Source: Promethearchaeota archaeon
GTDB lineage: Archaea > Asgardarchaeota > Lokiarchaeia > Sigyniarchaeales > SOKP01
Direction of reading: 5' to 3'
Assembly (NCBI GenBank): GCA_048940645.1
Contig: JBHLOI010000015.1
Location: 1-64,000, forward strand
DNA length: 64,000 bases
The notes below the pieces were generated by a model. The model searched no databases. It was not told the origin of the DNA and saw nothing but the letters and a program-made list of their open reading frames with translations. This document shows positions 32,185-42,799 of the stretch, piece by piece (the stretch's first letter is position 1; every line of letters begins with the position of its first letter). The translations under genes were made by a program, and so were the position numbers.

Positions 32185-32312
32185 AGTAGTTTTTAATTAA
32201 AACTTACATATATCTTGAAAATAGGAATCATTTGATTCCATCTCTTCTTTTTAATCGATTGAACGGTTGAAAAAGTAGCCATAAAATTTTAATTGCCATA
32301 TAATGTAATTTA

Positions 32313-33626
32313 ATGCAAGGCATGAAACGCAAAAATTTAGGACTCTTAATATGTTTATTTATTTCTCTGATTTTTATCCTTTATAATAATTTAAAATTTC
32401 TTCCATCAGATAATAATTCATTCATTGAAGATATACTAATTTCAACTTCACAAATAGAAATTGACGGGAATGAGGAACTGGAGGCATATTGTTATGATGG
32501 AGTTAATAATGGTAGTTCATGGGATTTGGCCTATATTATCGAGAATGATGATAATGGATATGAAATAAGAAATACCGACAAAAACCTCATTATAAGAAAT
32601 TGTACTTTTGAATTAGAGAGATTAACACTTACAAAATGTGATAATATCAAAATTGTTAACTGTTCCTTCAAATTATGCTTTTTAGGGATTCATCTTGATG
32701 GTATAAGGCAAGTTAATGAAAGCATTGCTATATCTAACTGTGAATTTACTGAATGTAGTGAAGGGATATTTTCTGAATTTACTCAAGAAATTAAAATTAA
32801 TAATTGTATATTTAATAATACATCCTTTGTAGGATTAAGGCAATTTCAAACCAATTATACTACAATTTACAACAATTCCTTTTATAATACTGGTTGGTCT
32901 AGTATTAGATGTTCCGATTGCGATAATAACAACATTTCTAATAACCGTTTTATTAATGGAAACAAATCTGCTATATTTATTGGAGGTGATTCCAAAGGAC
33001 GTTGGGGTAAAGATAATGTTGTTTCAAATAATTTCATTGAGAATTGTAAAGGTCCAGGAATCTATATAGATGGAAAAGAAAACATGATTGCATCCAATAA
33101 AATAATACATTGTGAATCGGATGGTATCCAATTAGGAATAACATTTCACGATTGGGGTTTATATGCTGTTCCATCGTATAATAAAATAATCTTTAATAAT
33201 ATTTCACTTAACAAAGGTAATGGGATATATCTTGAAGGAAAACTCGTGTCAGTTGGAAGTATGGTAACAGATAGAAATTATTGGCTAGCAACTGCATATA
33301 ATGAAATTTATAATAATACAATAATGGATAATGAAGAAAATGGAATCTTGTTAGAATTTCCTTGTCATGATAATATGATTTATAATAATAAAATACTATT
33401 CAATAAACAATATTGTATCGTGGATCGTAGTTCTACTTTTGTTTGGTTCCTGGGCTCTCCAAATGATTATTTCCAGAATGGTAACTGTTCAGTATTTTAC
33501 GAGGTTCCTTCTTCTAAAGATAAACAGATATTTAGTTTTAATATTACGATTATATTGGGGCTATTATTGTTTGTTTCGTTTTTATTTTACAGAAAGAACA
33601 TAATATTCAATAAAAAATCCAGATAA
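32313..33626 (+). CDS. Cell-surface right-handed parallel beta-helix (NosD-like) protein
   Basis: Signal-like N-terminus, many I.NN.I/GI.L repeats, C-terminal TM anchor with basic tail. Confidence 0.82.
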   Translation: MQGMKRKNLGLLICLFISLIFILYNNLKFLPSDNNSFIEDILISTSQIEIDGNEELEAYCYDGVNNGSSWDLAYIIENDDNGYEIRNTDKNLIIRNCTFELERLTLTKCDNIKIVNCSFKLCFLGIHLDGIRQVNESIAISNCEFTECSEGIFSEFTQEIKINNCIFNNTSFVGLRQFQTNYTTIYNNSFYNTGWSSIRCSDCDNNNISNNRFINGNKSAIFIGGDSKGRWGKDNVVSNNFIENCKGPGIYIDGKENMIASNKIIHCESDGIQLGITFHDWGLYAVPSYNKIIFNNISLNKGNGIYLEGKLVSVGSMVTDRNYWLATAYNEIYNNTIMDNEENGILLEFPCHDNMIYNNKILFNKQYCIVDRSSTFVWFLGSPNDYFQNGNCSVFYEVPSSKDKQIFSFNITIILGLLLFVSFLFYRKNIIFNKKSR

Positions 33627-33634
33627 GTTATGAA

Positions 33635-35224
33635 TTATCTTTTTCTGAAATAATCTATGTTTATATCCTGAAAACACGAGTCTATAGACTCAATTTCTAC
33701 TAATTCATTTAAGCCTAATCTAGATTTATCACTAAAATCCCTTGCTGCCCACATTAGTTTATTAAATCGTTGATGATGATGATGGAATCTCTGATTCGCA
33801 TACTCTTTCGCTTGTTTTGTATAAAGAAGAAACGGCCAATCGCTGCCCTCCATTAATAGAAGTTCCCGAGCAATTTGTCGTAGAACTCTTTTTTCCCAAT
33901 CATTGGGGTTTAGACACTGTTCCAGAACATTTTCAAACTCTTTGATTGATCCATTAATATATGGCCAGATCCAACCATGTTCAGGATTTTTCCAAACCCT
34001 AAAATCACCGCCTTCTCCCCAACTACTTTCTTTCATTTTTATTATTGAAAATTGATCTTTATATTTGGAAAGGTATTCTGAGATGGTAATCATATTAATG
34101 CTATTATGTAAATTGAGTAATTCAAAAACTCTCTTTAACCAATTCACGCCTTCACCCCACCAATGGCCATATAATTCAAAATCTGTTGGTAATGCTACAA
34201 TTCCCTCAAAATTATATAATTTTGAAAAATCTTGTAATTCTTTTTCAATTAAAGAGATAAAATGATGAGCTTGAGAGTTCAAAGTCTCATTTGCTTTATA
34301 GATATCATAGAGTTGTTTTTCTTCCTTTCCTAAATCTTTCCTCGTAATTCTCCAATAATGCAAACCTGACTCATGATCTTTCTTATGAAATTCTCTATAA
34401 TAATCATTTCCAGGATACCCTATCTTAGAATCCCATACTTGTCTACTTATTTCTTGATTACGAGCGAATACTGAAACGTCCGTTTGTAAATTATATCCAA
34501 AGTTATTATTTAACCCAATCTCATTCTTCTGCTCTAGAATTTGAGCATTTAAAATTCCATGGGAATCTACAAAGAAATATTCAATTCCTGAACTATTTAA
34601 CCAATAGTCAATACTTTCCCGCAATTTACCTTGGAAATATTGCTCTGGGCGATATGCACATTCAGGAAGCCAGATTCCTTTAGGCTCTTGTTTGAAATAC
34701 TTTTTATGAGTGTCTACTGCAAGCTGAATTTGAGAAAAAATACCCGAATCACTCTCAATTAACGGTAAAAACCCATGGGTGGCTGCACAGGTTATCAGTT
34801 CAATCATCCCTTCATCCTGTAACCATTTAAAACTCCCTAAGATATCCCTGTAATAGTTATGATAAAATGTTTCTAATATGTGCTCAAAATTGTTTAAATG
34901 AATTTCTGCTATACTTTTTCTCTTAGGGTGATTTGCAAACCTATTTACATCATTTTTAGCTCTTGAAATTAAATTTTCCATATATTCTGTAAATTTTTGC
35001 TTCATGTATTCATCTGTAAGTTGCTCTGCTAAAATGGGGGTAACATTTATCGTAATGGCTGTTTTTATTCCATCTTCTTTTAGTTCTCTTAAGATATTTA
35101 AAATTGGAATATATGTTTCATTCATAGCTTCCATGAGCCATTCTTCACCTGCTGGCCAAGTTCCAGACTTTTTACACCATGGTATATGACCATGAAGGAC
35201 TAAACCAAAATACCCAAGATTCAT
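33635..35224 (-). CDS. GH57 1,4-alpha-glucan branching enzyme (DUF1957), second copy
   Basis: LHGHIPW, ETYIP, ATHGFLP, WLPECAY, DFELYGHWW, GSDWPF. Confidence 0.92.
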   Translation of the reverse strand: MNLGYFGLVLHGHIPWCKKSGTWPAGEEWLMEAMNETYIPILNILRELKEDGIKTAITINVTPILAEQLTDEYMKQKFTEYMENLISRAKNDVNRFANHPKRKSIAEIHLNNFEHILETFYHNYYRDILGSFKWLQDEGMIELITCAATHGFLPLIESDSGIFSQIQLAVDTHKKYFKQEPKGIWLPECAYRPEQYFQGKLRESIDYWLNSSGIEYFFVDSHGILNAQILEQKNEIGLNNNFGYNLQTDVSVFARNQEISRQVWDSKIGYPGNDYYREFHKKDHESGLHYWRITRKDLGKEEKQLYDIYKANETLNSQAHHFISLIEKELQDFSKLYNFEGIVALPTDFELYGHWWGEGVNWLKRVFELLNLHNSINMITISEYLSKYKDQFSIIKMKESSWGEGGDFRVWKNPEHGWIWPYINGSIKEFENVLEQCLNPNDWEKRVLRQIARELLLMEGSDWPFLLYTKQAKEYANQRFHHHHQRFNKLMWAARDFSDKSRLGLNELVEIESIDSCFQDINIDYFRKR

Positions 35225-35291
35225 TGCAAGTAGACAAATATATAATAATTATTATTAATAGCTCTTTTCAAATAAAAGTTAATAGTGTAAA

Positions 35292-36440
35292 TTAAATTTG
35301 TTCTCCAAGCTCTATTGTTTTATCTCTTAATTCTTCATCATCGCTTATTTTACAATTTGGAGCAACAATTGTATTAATTAAAACTACATTATTTCCTATT
35401 TCACAGTTGTCACAAATTATTGATTCAATAATTTTGCAACCCGCTCCAATATTTACGTTATCCCATATGATACTTTTTTCTATAATTGTATCCTCACCAA
35501 TTTTAACTTGATGACCTATTGAGGTTAATTCCTTAATTTTTACTCTATTAAAAAGCTCTACAAATTCTCCGAAGCATGTAGGTTTTTCTATGGTTACATT
35601 CTGTCCTGAGTTAATTATGCCCATCACAAAGACATGATCATATTCCTCTCCATTTGGGGTAATTGGCCAAGCGTATTTCCGTAATAAGTCCCAATTTGCC
35701 CACTTATATGTCTGAGCATTTCCACAATCAAGCCAATAATAATTCTTTACATACCCATACAATTCGTAATTATTTTCGAGTAAGAACGGAAAAACCTCGC
35801 CTCCAAAGTCCATTACATTAGTCTCATGAAGTATATTTGCAATATCTTTTTTAAAGCAATAAATTCCAGTGTTAATAATATTAGTATGCAAAAATAAATC
35901 TGTTCTTTGTGCCATACTACTTAAATATAATTCCATCGGAGCAGGTTTTTCTAAAAACAAATATATTTTTCTATTTTTATCTAATAATACTACACCGTAC
36001 TGACTTGTGTGGCTTTCACTTGTTTTCATTGAAATCGTAGCAATTCCTCCTTTCTCCGAATGAAATTTCATAAAATCTCTCATTGGAAGATTTGTCACTA
36101 TATCAGCCATACTTACTACTATTTTATCAGAATCTATTTGATCAATCAGTAATCTGTAAGCATCTGCTGTACCCCTACTTTCTTGAATCCAGCATTCCAA
36201 TTCAACGTCGCCTAACTTATCAGGGGTCCATGTTTTTTCAATGTGTTCTTTTATTAATTCTCCTTGCCATGCTAAAGCTAAAATAATGTGTTTAATATCG
36301 GCATAGATAAGATGTGCAATCGAATAATCTACCATTGGTTTATTTGTAACTTTCACTAATGGTTTAGGTACTAATGAGGTCAAAGGCATCAATCTTTTAC
36401 CTTTACCACCAGCAAGTATTATAGCAGACCATTCTCTCAA
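35292..36440 (-). CDS. NDP-sugar pyrophosphorylase (sugar-1-phosphate nucleotidyltransferase with left-handed beta-helix)
   Basis: ILAGGKGKRLMPLT..PKPL, GTAD, FLEKP, NTGIY, DFG, YWLDCG, hexapeptide repeats. Confidence 0.9.
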   Translation of the reverse strand: MREWSAIILAGGKGKRLMPLTSLVPKPLVKVTNKPMVDYSIAHLIYADIKHIILALAWQGELIKEHIEKTWTPDKLGDVELECWIQESRGTADAYRLLIDQIDSDKIVVSMADIVTNLPMRDFMKFHSEKGGIATISMKTSESHTSQYGVVLLDKNRKIYLFLEKPAPMELYLSSMAQRTDLFLHTNIINTGIYCFKKDIANILHETNVMDFGGEVFPFLLENNYELYGYVKNYYWLDCGNAQTYKWANWDLLRKYAWPITPNGEEYDHVFVMGIINSGQNVTIEKPTCFGEFVELFNRVKIKELTSIGHQVKIGEDTIIEKSIIWDNVNIGAGCKIIESIICDNCEIGNNVVLINTIVAPNCKISDDEELRDKTIELGEQI

Positions 36441-36571
36441 ATTGAATTCCTCAAAAAATTCTCATTATTTATATAGGAACTAATAGATATAAATCTAATT
36501 TTATTTGAAATTTAAAAGTTATTAAAATATTCTATTAAATTCTAATTCAAAAGAATAAAAAAGATTTGAAT

Positions 36572-37837
36572 TCATAGATATTTTTCCAACGCCTTTCTAA
36601 CCTCCATAGCTGCAATATGAGGCAATTTACGTGCTACTCTCATATCATCAGCCATCTCTGCACCACCAATTACTTCATGTGGAATAATATCTCCAAACAT
36701 ATGAAAATTAGCATCATAACCATATGGACAACAATTGAATAAAATATTACGATTTTTGTCAATTTCAATATCATCTAAAGCTTGAAAAAGATACTTTAAG
36801 GATTTTGCTAGATCTTTTATCTGATTAATTTTTAATTGAGAAAATCTTCTTATATGTTCATTTGGATGAAATCTGATGTGGTAATTTCTCACTGGGCTCC
36901 CTGTAGTATAAAAAGTCCAAAATTTGGACTTTGATATAATTCGGTCAGTATCTCCATGCGAAGTTTCACAAAGATGACAATATTCACCCATTTCTTTAAA
37001 TGCTCGTAAATATCCTTCTAATCTTGATCCATGGCCATCACCATTTAAATCAATAAAGACTTGACTGTGTAAGCGGGGTTGTGATCCTCCTACTTTCATT
37101 CCTATGTTAAAAAAAGGACTTACAGGAATATCATAAAAGTCTTTCTCAATTGCCTCCAAAATTGAATATAATATCGCTTCTTTCATTGATAAAAATATCC
37201 CTGCTAGAATTTCTTCTGGGATTAAATTAAAGCATAAGGATGGGTAAAATTTTCTCGAAATAGTCACTAAATTAATCCCTTTAGCAAGTTTCAAGTGGGA
37301 TGGTAATAATTCTGTTATTTTTTTTTCAATTTCAGGATCAACTACTCTGGCCATCGAGGGATATCTGTTTACCAAAGTTATGGCTTTTATATTATCTGGA
37401 ATTCTTTCAATTCTGTGTGGGATATCGGTAAATGGATTATCACGCTTTTTTTCATCTTCAGTGATTATAATAGTGAACCCATCTCCTAACTGAAAACCCC
37501 AATCATCATAAACAATCTTACCCTCTATAACAGATGTAAACACGTCCTTATATTTTGCAACCATGTGTTTTTTACAATCAACAAATTGCTTTTCCTCTTC
37601 TATAGTTTTAAATCCCTTAGGCCTTTTACCTCGAATAGGAGATAGATAAGAATAATGACCATAAAATCGTTTTTGTTTCTTATGAAGACCAAATTCGTTA
37701 GTGGTTATCATAGTTGTCGATAAAGGATCCCATCTTTTAATAGGAACGTCATAACTTGTTTTACCCTTAAAATTCTCTTTATTTATTATTCCCCATTCCA
37801 TAAAAGCTGGAACCATCTTTTTTTCATTTTGATTCAT
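36572..37837 (-). CDS. GalT/HIT-superfamily sugar-1-phosphate nucleotidyltransferase or phosphorylase, divergent
   Basis: NRYP, FFNIG..VGGSQPRLHSQ (compare GASxxHPHSQ), CHLC, FH...IIP..GGAE. ORF is open to 37864. Confidence 0.72.
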   Translation of the reverse strand: MNQNEKKMVPAFMEWGIINKENFKGKTSYDVPIKRWDPLSTTMITTNEFGLHKKQKRFYGHYSYLSPIRGKRPKGFKTIEEEKQFVDCKKHMVAKYKDVFTSVIEGKIVYDDWGFQLGDGFTIIITEDEKKRDNPFTDIPHRIERIPDNIKAITLVNRYPSMARVVDPEIEKKITELLPSHLKLAKGINLVTISRKFYPSLCFNLIPEEILAGIFLSMKEAILYSILEAIEKDFYDIPVSPFFNIGMKVGGSQPRLHSQVFIDLNGDGHGSRLEGYLRAFKEMGEYCHLCETSHGDTDRIISKSKFWTFYTTGSPVRNYHIRFHPNEHIRRFSQLKINQIKDLAKSLKYLFQALDDIEIDKNRNILFNCCPYGYDANFHMFGDIIPHEVIGGAEMADDMRVARKLPHIAAMEVRKALEKYL

Positions 37838-38144
37838 ATGTTTCACCATTTTTTTCAAAATCAATCAAACAATTGAATTTACATTTATATCAATATAAAT
37901 GACTTATTCAATTCTAACTAATTAATCTTTTTAGTCAAAAAAAGATCTATATAAATTACAAAAATGTTTAGTAAAACTTAAAAAAAAATTAAAAATTTTT
38001 ATTTTACTCTAACTTCACATAAATGTACAAAAATAAGTAATTCTCTAATTTTTACTATTTATAAAACAAAAAAAAAAGGAAAAAAGATAAAAGACTTATG
38101 TTTTCACTCAAATTGGCCAATACTTATATCTAAAAAGCGATTTT

Positions 38145-38435
38145 CTAATATTCTAACCTCTTAACGATTTTATATGTTTTAAATTCACGAACAGGTTCAG
38201 AATTCTCATCTAATTTCTCAATAGGTATGCGAACAAAATGTTCATCATCAAAATCTTCAATATTACTATCATTGAAATTAATAATATTATTGGCAGCTTT
38301 AAGTTCTTTCAAAAGGAAGTCTCTAACTGCACATCTTATTAATTCAGATCGAGATGGGTAAAGACCATTCTCTCCAATCAATTTATTGATTGCATCAATA
38401 TAACTCTCTGGTACATTAACTGTGACGATCTTCAT
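38145..38435 (-). CDS. Ribbon-helix-helix (CopG/CdrS-like) regulator
   Basis: MKIVTVNVP...GLYPSRSELIRCAVRD. Confidence 0.85.
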   Translation of the reverse strand: MKIVTVNVPESYIDAINKLIGENGLYPSRSELIRCAVRDFLLKELKAANNIINFNDSNIEDFDDEHFVRIPIEKLDENSEPVREFKTYKIVKRLEY

Positions 38436-38938
38436 TTAAAAGTCGCCTTAACCTCTAATTTTTTTTAAATTTCTATATATATTATTTTATTGCAATATGG
38501 TATTTAAACCTTTTTTTTTAACCTATTAATATGTATTTAAAATTATCATTTTCCTTATTTGAAAAATTAGGATACGTCCTTAAAGATTTTATATTATAGT
38601 AAGCATAATGATGAAGATTGAGCCTTATACTTGAACTTAAAAAAATTATTGAAAATATTTTTGAAAATTTTTTAAGATTGATGAACGAATGTGAATTTTT
38701 CTTTTAAATTTCAGAAAAAATTGAAATTCAATTTTTAAGAGTAGAGAAAAAAAATAATTTTCTATTTTTTTCCTAAGAATAACTGGAAATTATCTATACA
38801 TCAAAAACTATGATTTAAATTAGTATAACGTGGAAGAAATTAAGTTTTTAGGCTTCCTTACATTATCATAAGAGGAAATAACTATTTTTCAAATTATATA
38901 TACTGATTTTATTGATAAGGGTTTAAAAAGAACCTTAG

Positions 38939-39973
38939 TCAGTATTCATCATCTAAATTTACAACATTTATAAGATTCTGCCTTCCTTGAGCAACTCTCT
39001 TTATATTTTCAATAACTTCGTTCCATCTTAATAAATCATTAAACGGAGAGTAGCCTCGATGGGGAGAAAGTATAATATTTTTAAGTTCATGAAAGGGAAA
39101 ATTAAAAGGATATTTCTTTCCTTTTTCATCAGCTATAGGTTTGTTATTGTACCAAACATCAATTGCAGCTCCTAAAATAACTTTATTTTTTAAAGCAATA
39201 AAAAGGCTTTCTTCATTAATTATTTCCCCTCGAGAAACATTAACTAATATTCCATAAGACCCTAATAGCTTTAATTCATCAATGTTTATCATATCTTCAG
39301 TTAACGAAGTAGATGGAAGCGCAATTATTAGGGTATCAATTTCTTCTAAAAATTCTTTAAGTTGGGTAGAAATATACTTTTTTGCATCAGTTATTAATTC
39401 TTCTTTCTGTTTCTCCCAATTTCTTCTTAAAATAGAAAATTGAATATCAAAACCAGACAGCATTTTGTGAACTTTTTGATTTATAGCTCCATACCCCAGT
39501 AAACCTACATTTCGAAATCTTAAGGGAATAGAAGCACCTTCCTTATCTCCAGTTCTCCAAATGCCATTTTTCATATAATCATGATGAAGTATTATTTTAT
39601 TCATCAATGCTAATAGAAGTGCAACAGCATGTTGTGCTACAAAATAAGAGTTTCCATGGCCATTTAAAAGTAATACTTCTCTCTCTCTATTTAATTCAAT
39701 GAATAATTCTATCAAATGGCGAATACCTGCTCCTGGATTTATAAAAAATCGCATTTTCTTAGCAGACTTTAATAAGCTTTTTGTAGGGCGCCATCCAACC
39801 AAAATATCCGCATTTAAAACACTTTGTGATATGTTCGTTTGATTTTTAGTGTTTAAAAAATTAAGTACTACATTCTTCACATCTGTTAATTTGCTTTTTA
39901 AGTATTCTTGAACATTATCAGGAATTTTTTCAATAAAACAAACATTTATTGTAGTATCTTTTAATCTATTCAT
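38939..39973 (-). CDS. D-isomer-specific 2-hydroxyacid dehydrogenase
   Basis: VAQHA, GLLGYGAIN, VNVSRG, AAIDVW, SPHRG. Confidence 0.9.
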   Translation of the reverse strand: MNRLKDTTINVCFIEKIPDNVQEYLKSKLTDVKNVVLNFLNTKNQTNISQSVLNADILVGWRPTKSLLKSAKKMRFFINPGAGIRHLIELFIELNREREVLLLNGHGNSYFVAQHAVALLLALMNKIILHHDYMKNGIWRTGDKEGASIPLRFRNVGLLGYGAINQKVHKMLSGFDIQFSILRRNWEKQKEELITDAKKYISTQLKEFLEEIDTLIIALPSTSLTEDMINIDELKLLGSYGILVNVSRGEIINEESLFIALKNKVILGAAIDVWYNNKPIADEKGKKYPFNFPFHELKNIILSPHRGYSPFNDLLRWNEVIENIKRVAQGRQNLINVVNLDDEY

Positions 39974-40100
39974 ACTATATTTTTGTTTTTTTGAGTAATA
40001 ATTATTATCTAAGTTCTATAAGGTATTAAATAAATTTTTATATGCAGTTCGTTGATATATTTATAAAAAGAACGTAAACAATAAGATAAAGGTAGAAATT

Positions 40101-41498
40101 TTGTCAGAAGAAAAATTGTTTGAAATCTTTGTCAATAGTTTAGAATTCGATATTAATGATTATTTAGTTGAGGAACTTAGTGATCTTCAAAAAGAAATAA
40201 TTGATGATGCAACATTCATTTTCAAAGAAAATATAGTAGGAGATATTAAATCACTCGGAGGTTCTATTAAACTAAATCAAGATACATTTGATGAATTAAT
40301 GAAAAAAGCTGAAGCTGAACTGGAGAATGTAAAATACAAAGAAATAAAAAAGCTCTTAAAAGATTATTTGAAAAAATTAAAGGAATTGATCCTTAAAACA
40401 TGTGTAGCAATAATACCTGTTAAGGAATTACCTTGGGTTGATTTAGTGTTTCGGACTATTCCTCGAATCATTTATGAAAATAATCATCTAACCTTTTTAG
40501 ATAATGCCATTGCTTATTATGGAGAAATAAAGTGTTTTCTTGGAAGAACAACTGTATATGGGAAAATTAAAGATCAAAAATCTTTATTCGCGCCTTTTAC
40601 AGGAAATCTAGATTTACATGGGTATAAATTAGATGATTCTGAAAAGGGTCCGAAATCCAAAATTTTCCCGTATGTAAATGCTATCATTAATTCAATGGAT
40701 TCTACTTTAACAACAAGTCAATTGGCTAAATACCATGAAAATTTTCAAAGACATGGAGATCCGATATGCGATTTCTTAATGCAGGATGAAGAGTTATTAG
40801 AAACGATGGAAAAAATTAATTCAGGATTAGAATCTAGTAGAATTAAGTCAGATATAACTATTTGCAGTTTAGCATTACCTCTTCCCTCAGATAATACAAC
40901 CTTAATTCTTGTTGCTGAGGAGGGTGAAGATCAAAACAAATATTCGAGGTGTTTTGAAGCTTTTTTAAAATTATCCGCTGCTTGTTGCCAAGTACCTTCT
41001 ATAAAACAAGAAGCCCCATCTCAACAACCAGGAGCTATTAGTACTCCAGGAGGTCAACAATTAAAAGCATGGACTGCAGAGGAATTAGCGCAAGAAGCCC
41101 AAAAAAGAATGACTGCTCAACCTAACATTCCTGCATGGACGGAGGATGAACTAGCAAAATATTCAAGTGAAAGAGGTTCAGGAATTCCAGAAGGAATGGA
41201 AGTATGGACTGAAGAAGATTTACAAGAATTAGCAGAGAAAAGGCGTGGAGGCGGATTAAATATTCCAGAATGGGCACCTGATGAAAAAATGATAGAGTGC
41301 TCTAATTGTGGCTATAGTCTTAGACCAGGATGGACAAAATGTCCTATATGTGAAACTCCCGTAGGAGAAAAACCTTTAGAAAAACCTGAAGAAGAACCTC
41401 CTAAAGAAGAACCTCCTAAAGAAGTACCGCCTGAAAAAGATCTAGAGTCATCAGATGAAGATTTAAATAAAGAGGGGGAAAATAGCGGTGAAAATTGA
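40101..41498 (+). CDS. Hypothetical protein: globular N-domain, WTxE(E/D)L repeats, zinc ribbon, Pro/Glu-rich tail
   Basis: Long ORF; CSNCG...CPIC; repeated motifs visible in the translation. Confidence 0.75.
   Translation: MSEEKLFEIFVNSLEFDINDYLVEELSDLQKEIIDDATFIFKENIVGDIKSLGGSIKLNQDTFDELMKKAEAELENVKYKEIKKLLKDYLKKLKELILKTCVAIIPVKELPWVDLVFRTIPRIIYENNHLTFLDNAIAYYGEIKCFLGRTTVYGKIKDQKSLFAPFTGNLDLHGYKLDDSEKGPKSKIFPYVNAIINSMDSTLTTSQLAKYHENFQRHGDPICDFLMQDEELLETMEKINSGLESSRIKSDITICSLALPLPSDNTTLILVAEEGEDQNKYSRCFEAFLKLSAACCQVPSIKQEAPSQQPGAISTPGGQQLKAWTAEELAQEAQKRMTAQPNIPAWTEDELAKYSSERGSGIPEGMEVWTEEDLQELAEKRRGGGLNIPEWAPDEKMIECSNCGYSLRPGWTKCPICETPVGEKPLEKPEEEPPKEEPPKEVPPEKDLESSDEDLNKEGENSGEN
41391..41435 (+). 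repeat. Intragenic 15-bp tandem repeat (2 exact copies and 1 degenerate) encoding EEPPK
   Basis: gaagaacctcctaaa gaagaacctcctaaa gaagtaccgcctgaa. Confidence 0.85.
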
Positions 41499-41669
41499 CT
41501 TATATAGAACATATTAAAAAGTTAAATTATCAATTTCATTAATAAATATAGTTGAATTTGTCAATAAAACTAAAAAATATAGAAGGAGCTTAATTGACTT
41601 AGATTCCAAACTTTTTTTAATAACTTTTTATTTACAACATTAAGGAAATTAATCTTTTAGGAAAAATTT

Positions 41670-42710
41670 TTGTTATCCACAATTTTTTTATTAAAAGGCA
41701 AAGACTTTCATGACCTTAGTCAGTTAGATATCTATAGTTATCCAGAAGATATAGTTAGAAATAATAACAAAGATTTCGTTGAAAAGATTATTATTGGACA
41801 TGATCAAGGGATTATAAGGGAAGGTTGTCATAATGGTCAAAAATCCCTTCGAAATCATGATATTAATAAAAAAAATCAAGATCAATTTATAATAAGTATT
41901 CCCATCACACAGAAAATTGATGAAAATAATATATTTTCAATTAGTATTAACTCAAAAATGATTATAGGTTTAATTTTTGATGAAGAGGATAACCCTTATG
42001 ATTATAAAGAGTTATTTGAAGATCTATTTTATGAGTTAATAAATAATGAAAAATGCTGTTCTTTTGAAGATGAGTTAGAAATTGAAAATTTGTTAATAAC
42101 ATTATTTATAGATTTACGCAGATATGGTGATGAAATTTTAGCGAAATACCCAGAGGTTTCCTTTCAACCAGTGGGGACATTTATAAAAGTGTTTTTATTT
42201 GGAATCGATGAAGCGGGAAAGACTTCTTTAGTGAGAAGGATTAAAACAGGCCAATTTGATGATAATTTCTTTGCTCCTACAAGGAAATTTGATATTAAAT
42301 ATGTCCAAAAAGAAAAGGATTTTCTTGCTTTTTGGGATATTCCCGGTCAAATTTCATTTCGTGAAAAGTGGTTAAAGGGTATCCAAGATTCAAATATATT
42401 AGTCTATATGATTGATGTTGCTAATCAACTACGTTTTGAGGAATCTAAAGAAGAATTTTGGAATGTTATAAATGAAGAAGTTACACCAGAAATCCCTCTC
42501 TTAATTTTAGGTAATAAAATAGACTTAATTAATCATGCCAAGGAGAGTAATGAAAAACAGTTAACAAGAATAAAAAATGAAATTATAAACTATTTTGAAT
42601 TTCATAAATTGAGGGATAGAGAATGGATTTTCTTATTTACCTCAGTTAAAACCAATTTTAACATTGAAACTGTATTAAATACAATTTTTTCCTTAACATC
42701 TCATATATAA
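41670..42710 (+). CDS. Arf-like small GTPase with a ~170-aa N-terminal domain
   Basis: G1 GIDEAGKTS, G2 PT, G3 WDIPGQ, G4 GNKID, G5 TSVK. Confidence 0.85.
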   Translation: MLSTIFLLKGKDFHDLSQLDIYSYPEDIVRNNNKDFVEKIIIGHDQGIIREGCHNGQKSLRNHDINKKNQDQFIISIPITQKIDENNIFSISINSKMIIGLIFDEEDNPYDYKELFEDLFYELINNEKCCSFEDELEIENLLITLFIDLRRYGDEILAKYPEVSFQPVGTFIKVFLFGIDEAGKTSLVRRIKTGQFDDNFFAPTRKFDIKYVQKEKDFLAFWDIPGQISFREKWLKGIQDSNILVYMIDVANQLRFEESKEEFWNVINEEVTPEIPLLILGNKIDLINHAKESNEKQLTRIKNEIINYFEFHKLRDREWIFLFTSVKTNFNIETVLNTIFSLTSHI

Positions 42711-42799
42711 TCATTAAATTTATAAATTTGGACGGTTAACTTTCTATTATATTAAACATTTTCTTGAAATCAAAATATTATATTTCTCAAAGGTTAACC

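Noticed and set aside
38145-38435. RHH protein as the cell-division regulator CdrS
   Set aside because: The motif is similar but no ftsZ or division genes are adjacent; kept as a generic RHH regulator
38436-38938. 500-bp AT-rich spacer with TATTGCAATA palindrome (38488-38497); similar AATTGCAATT before radA (21583-21592)
   Set aside because: Short AT-rich palindromes are expected by chance; no structured RNA or repeat array was evident
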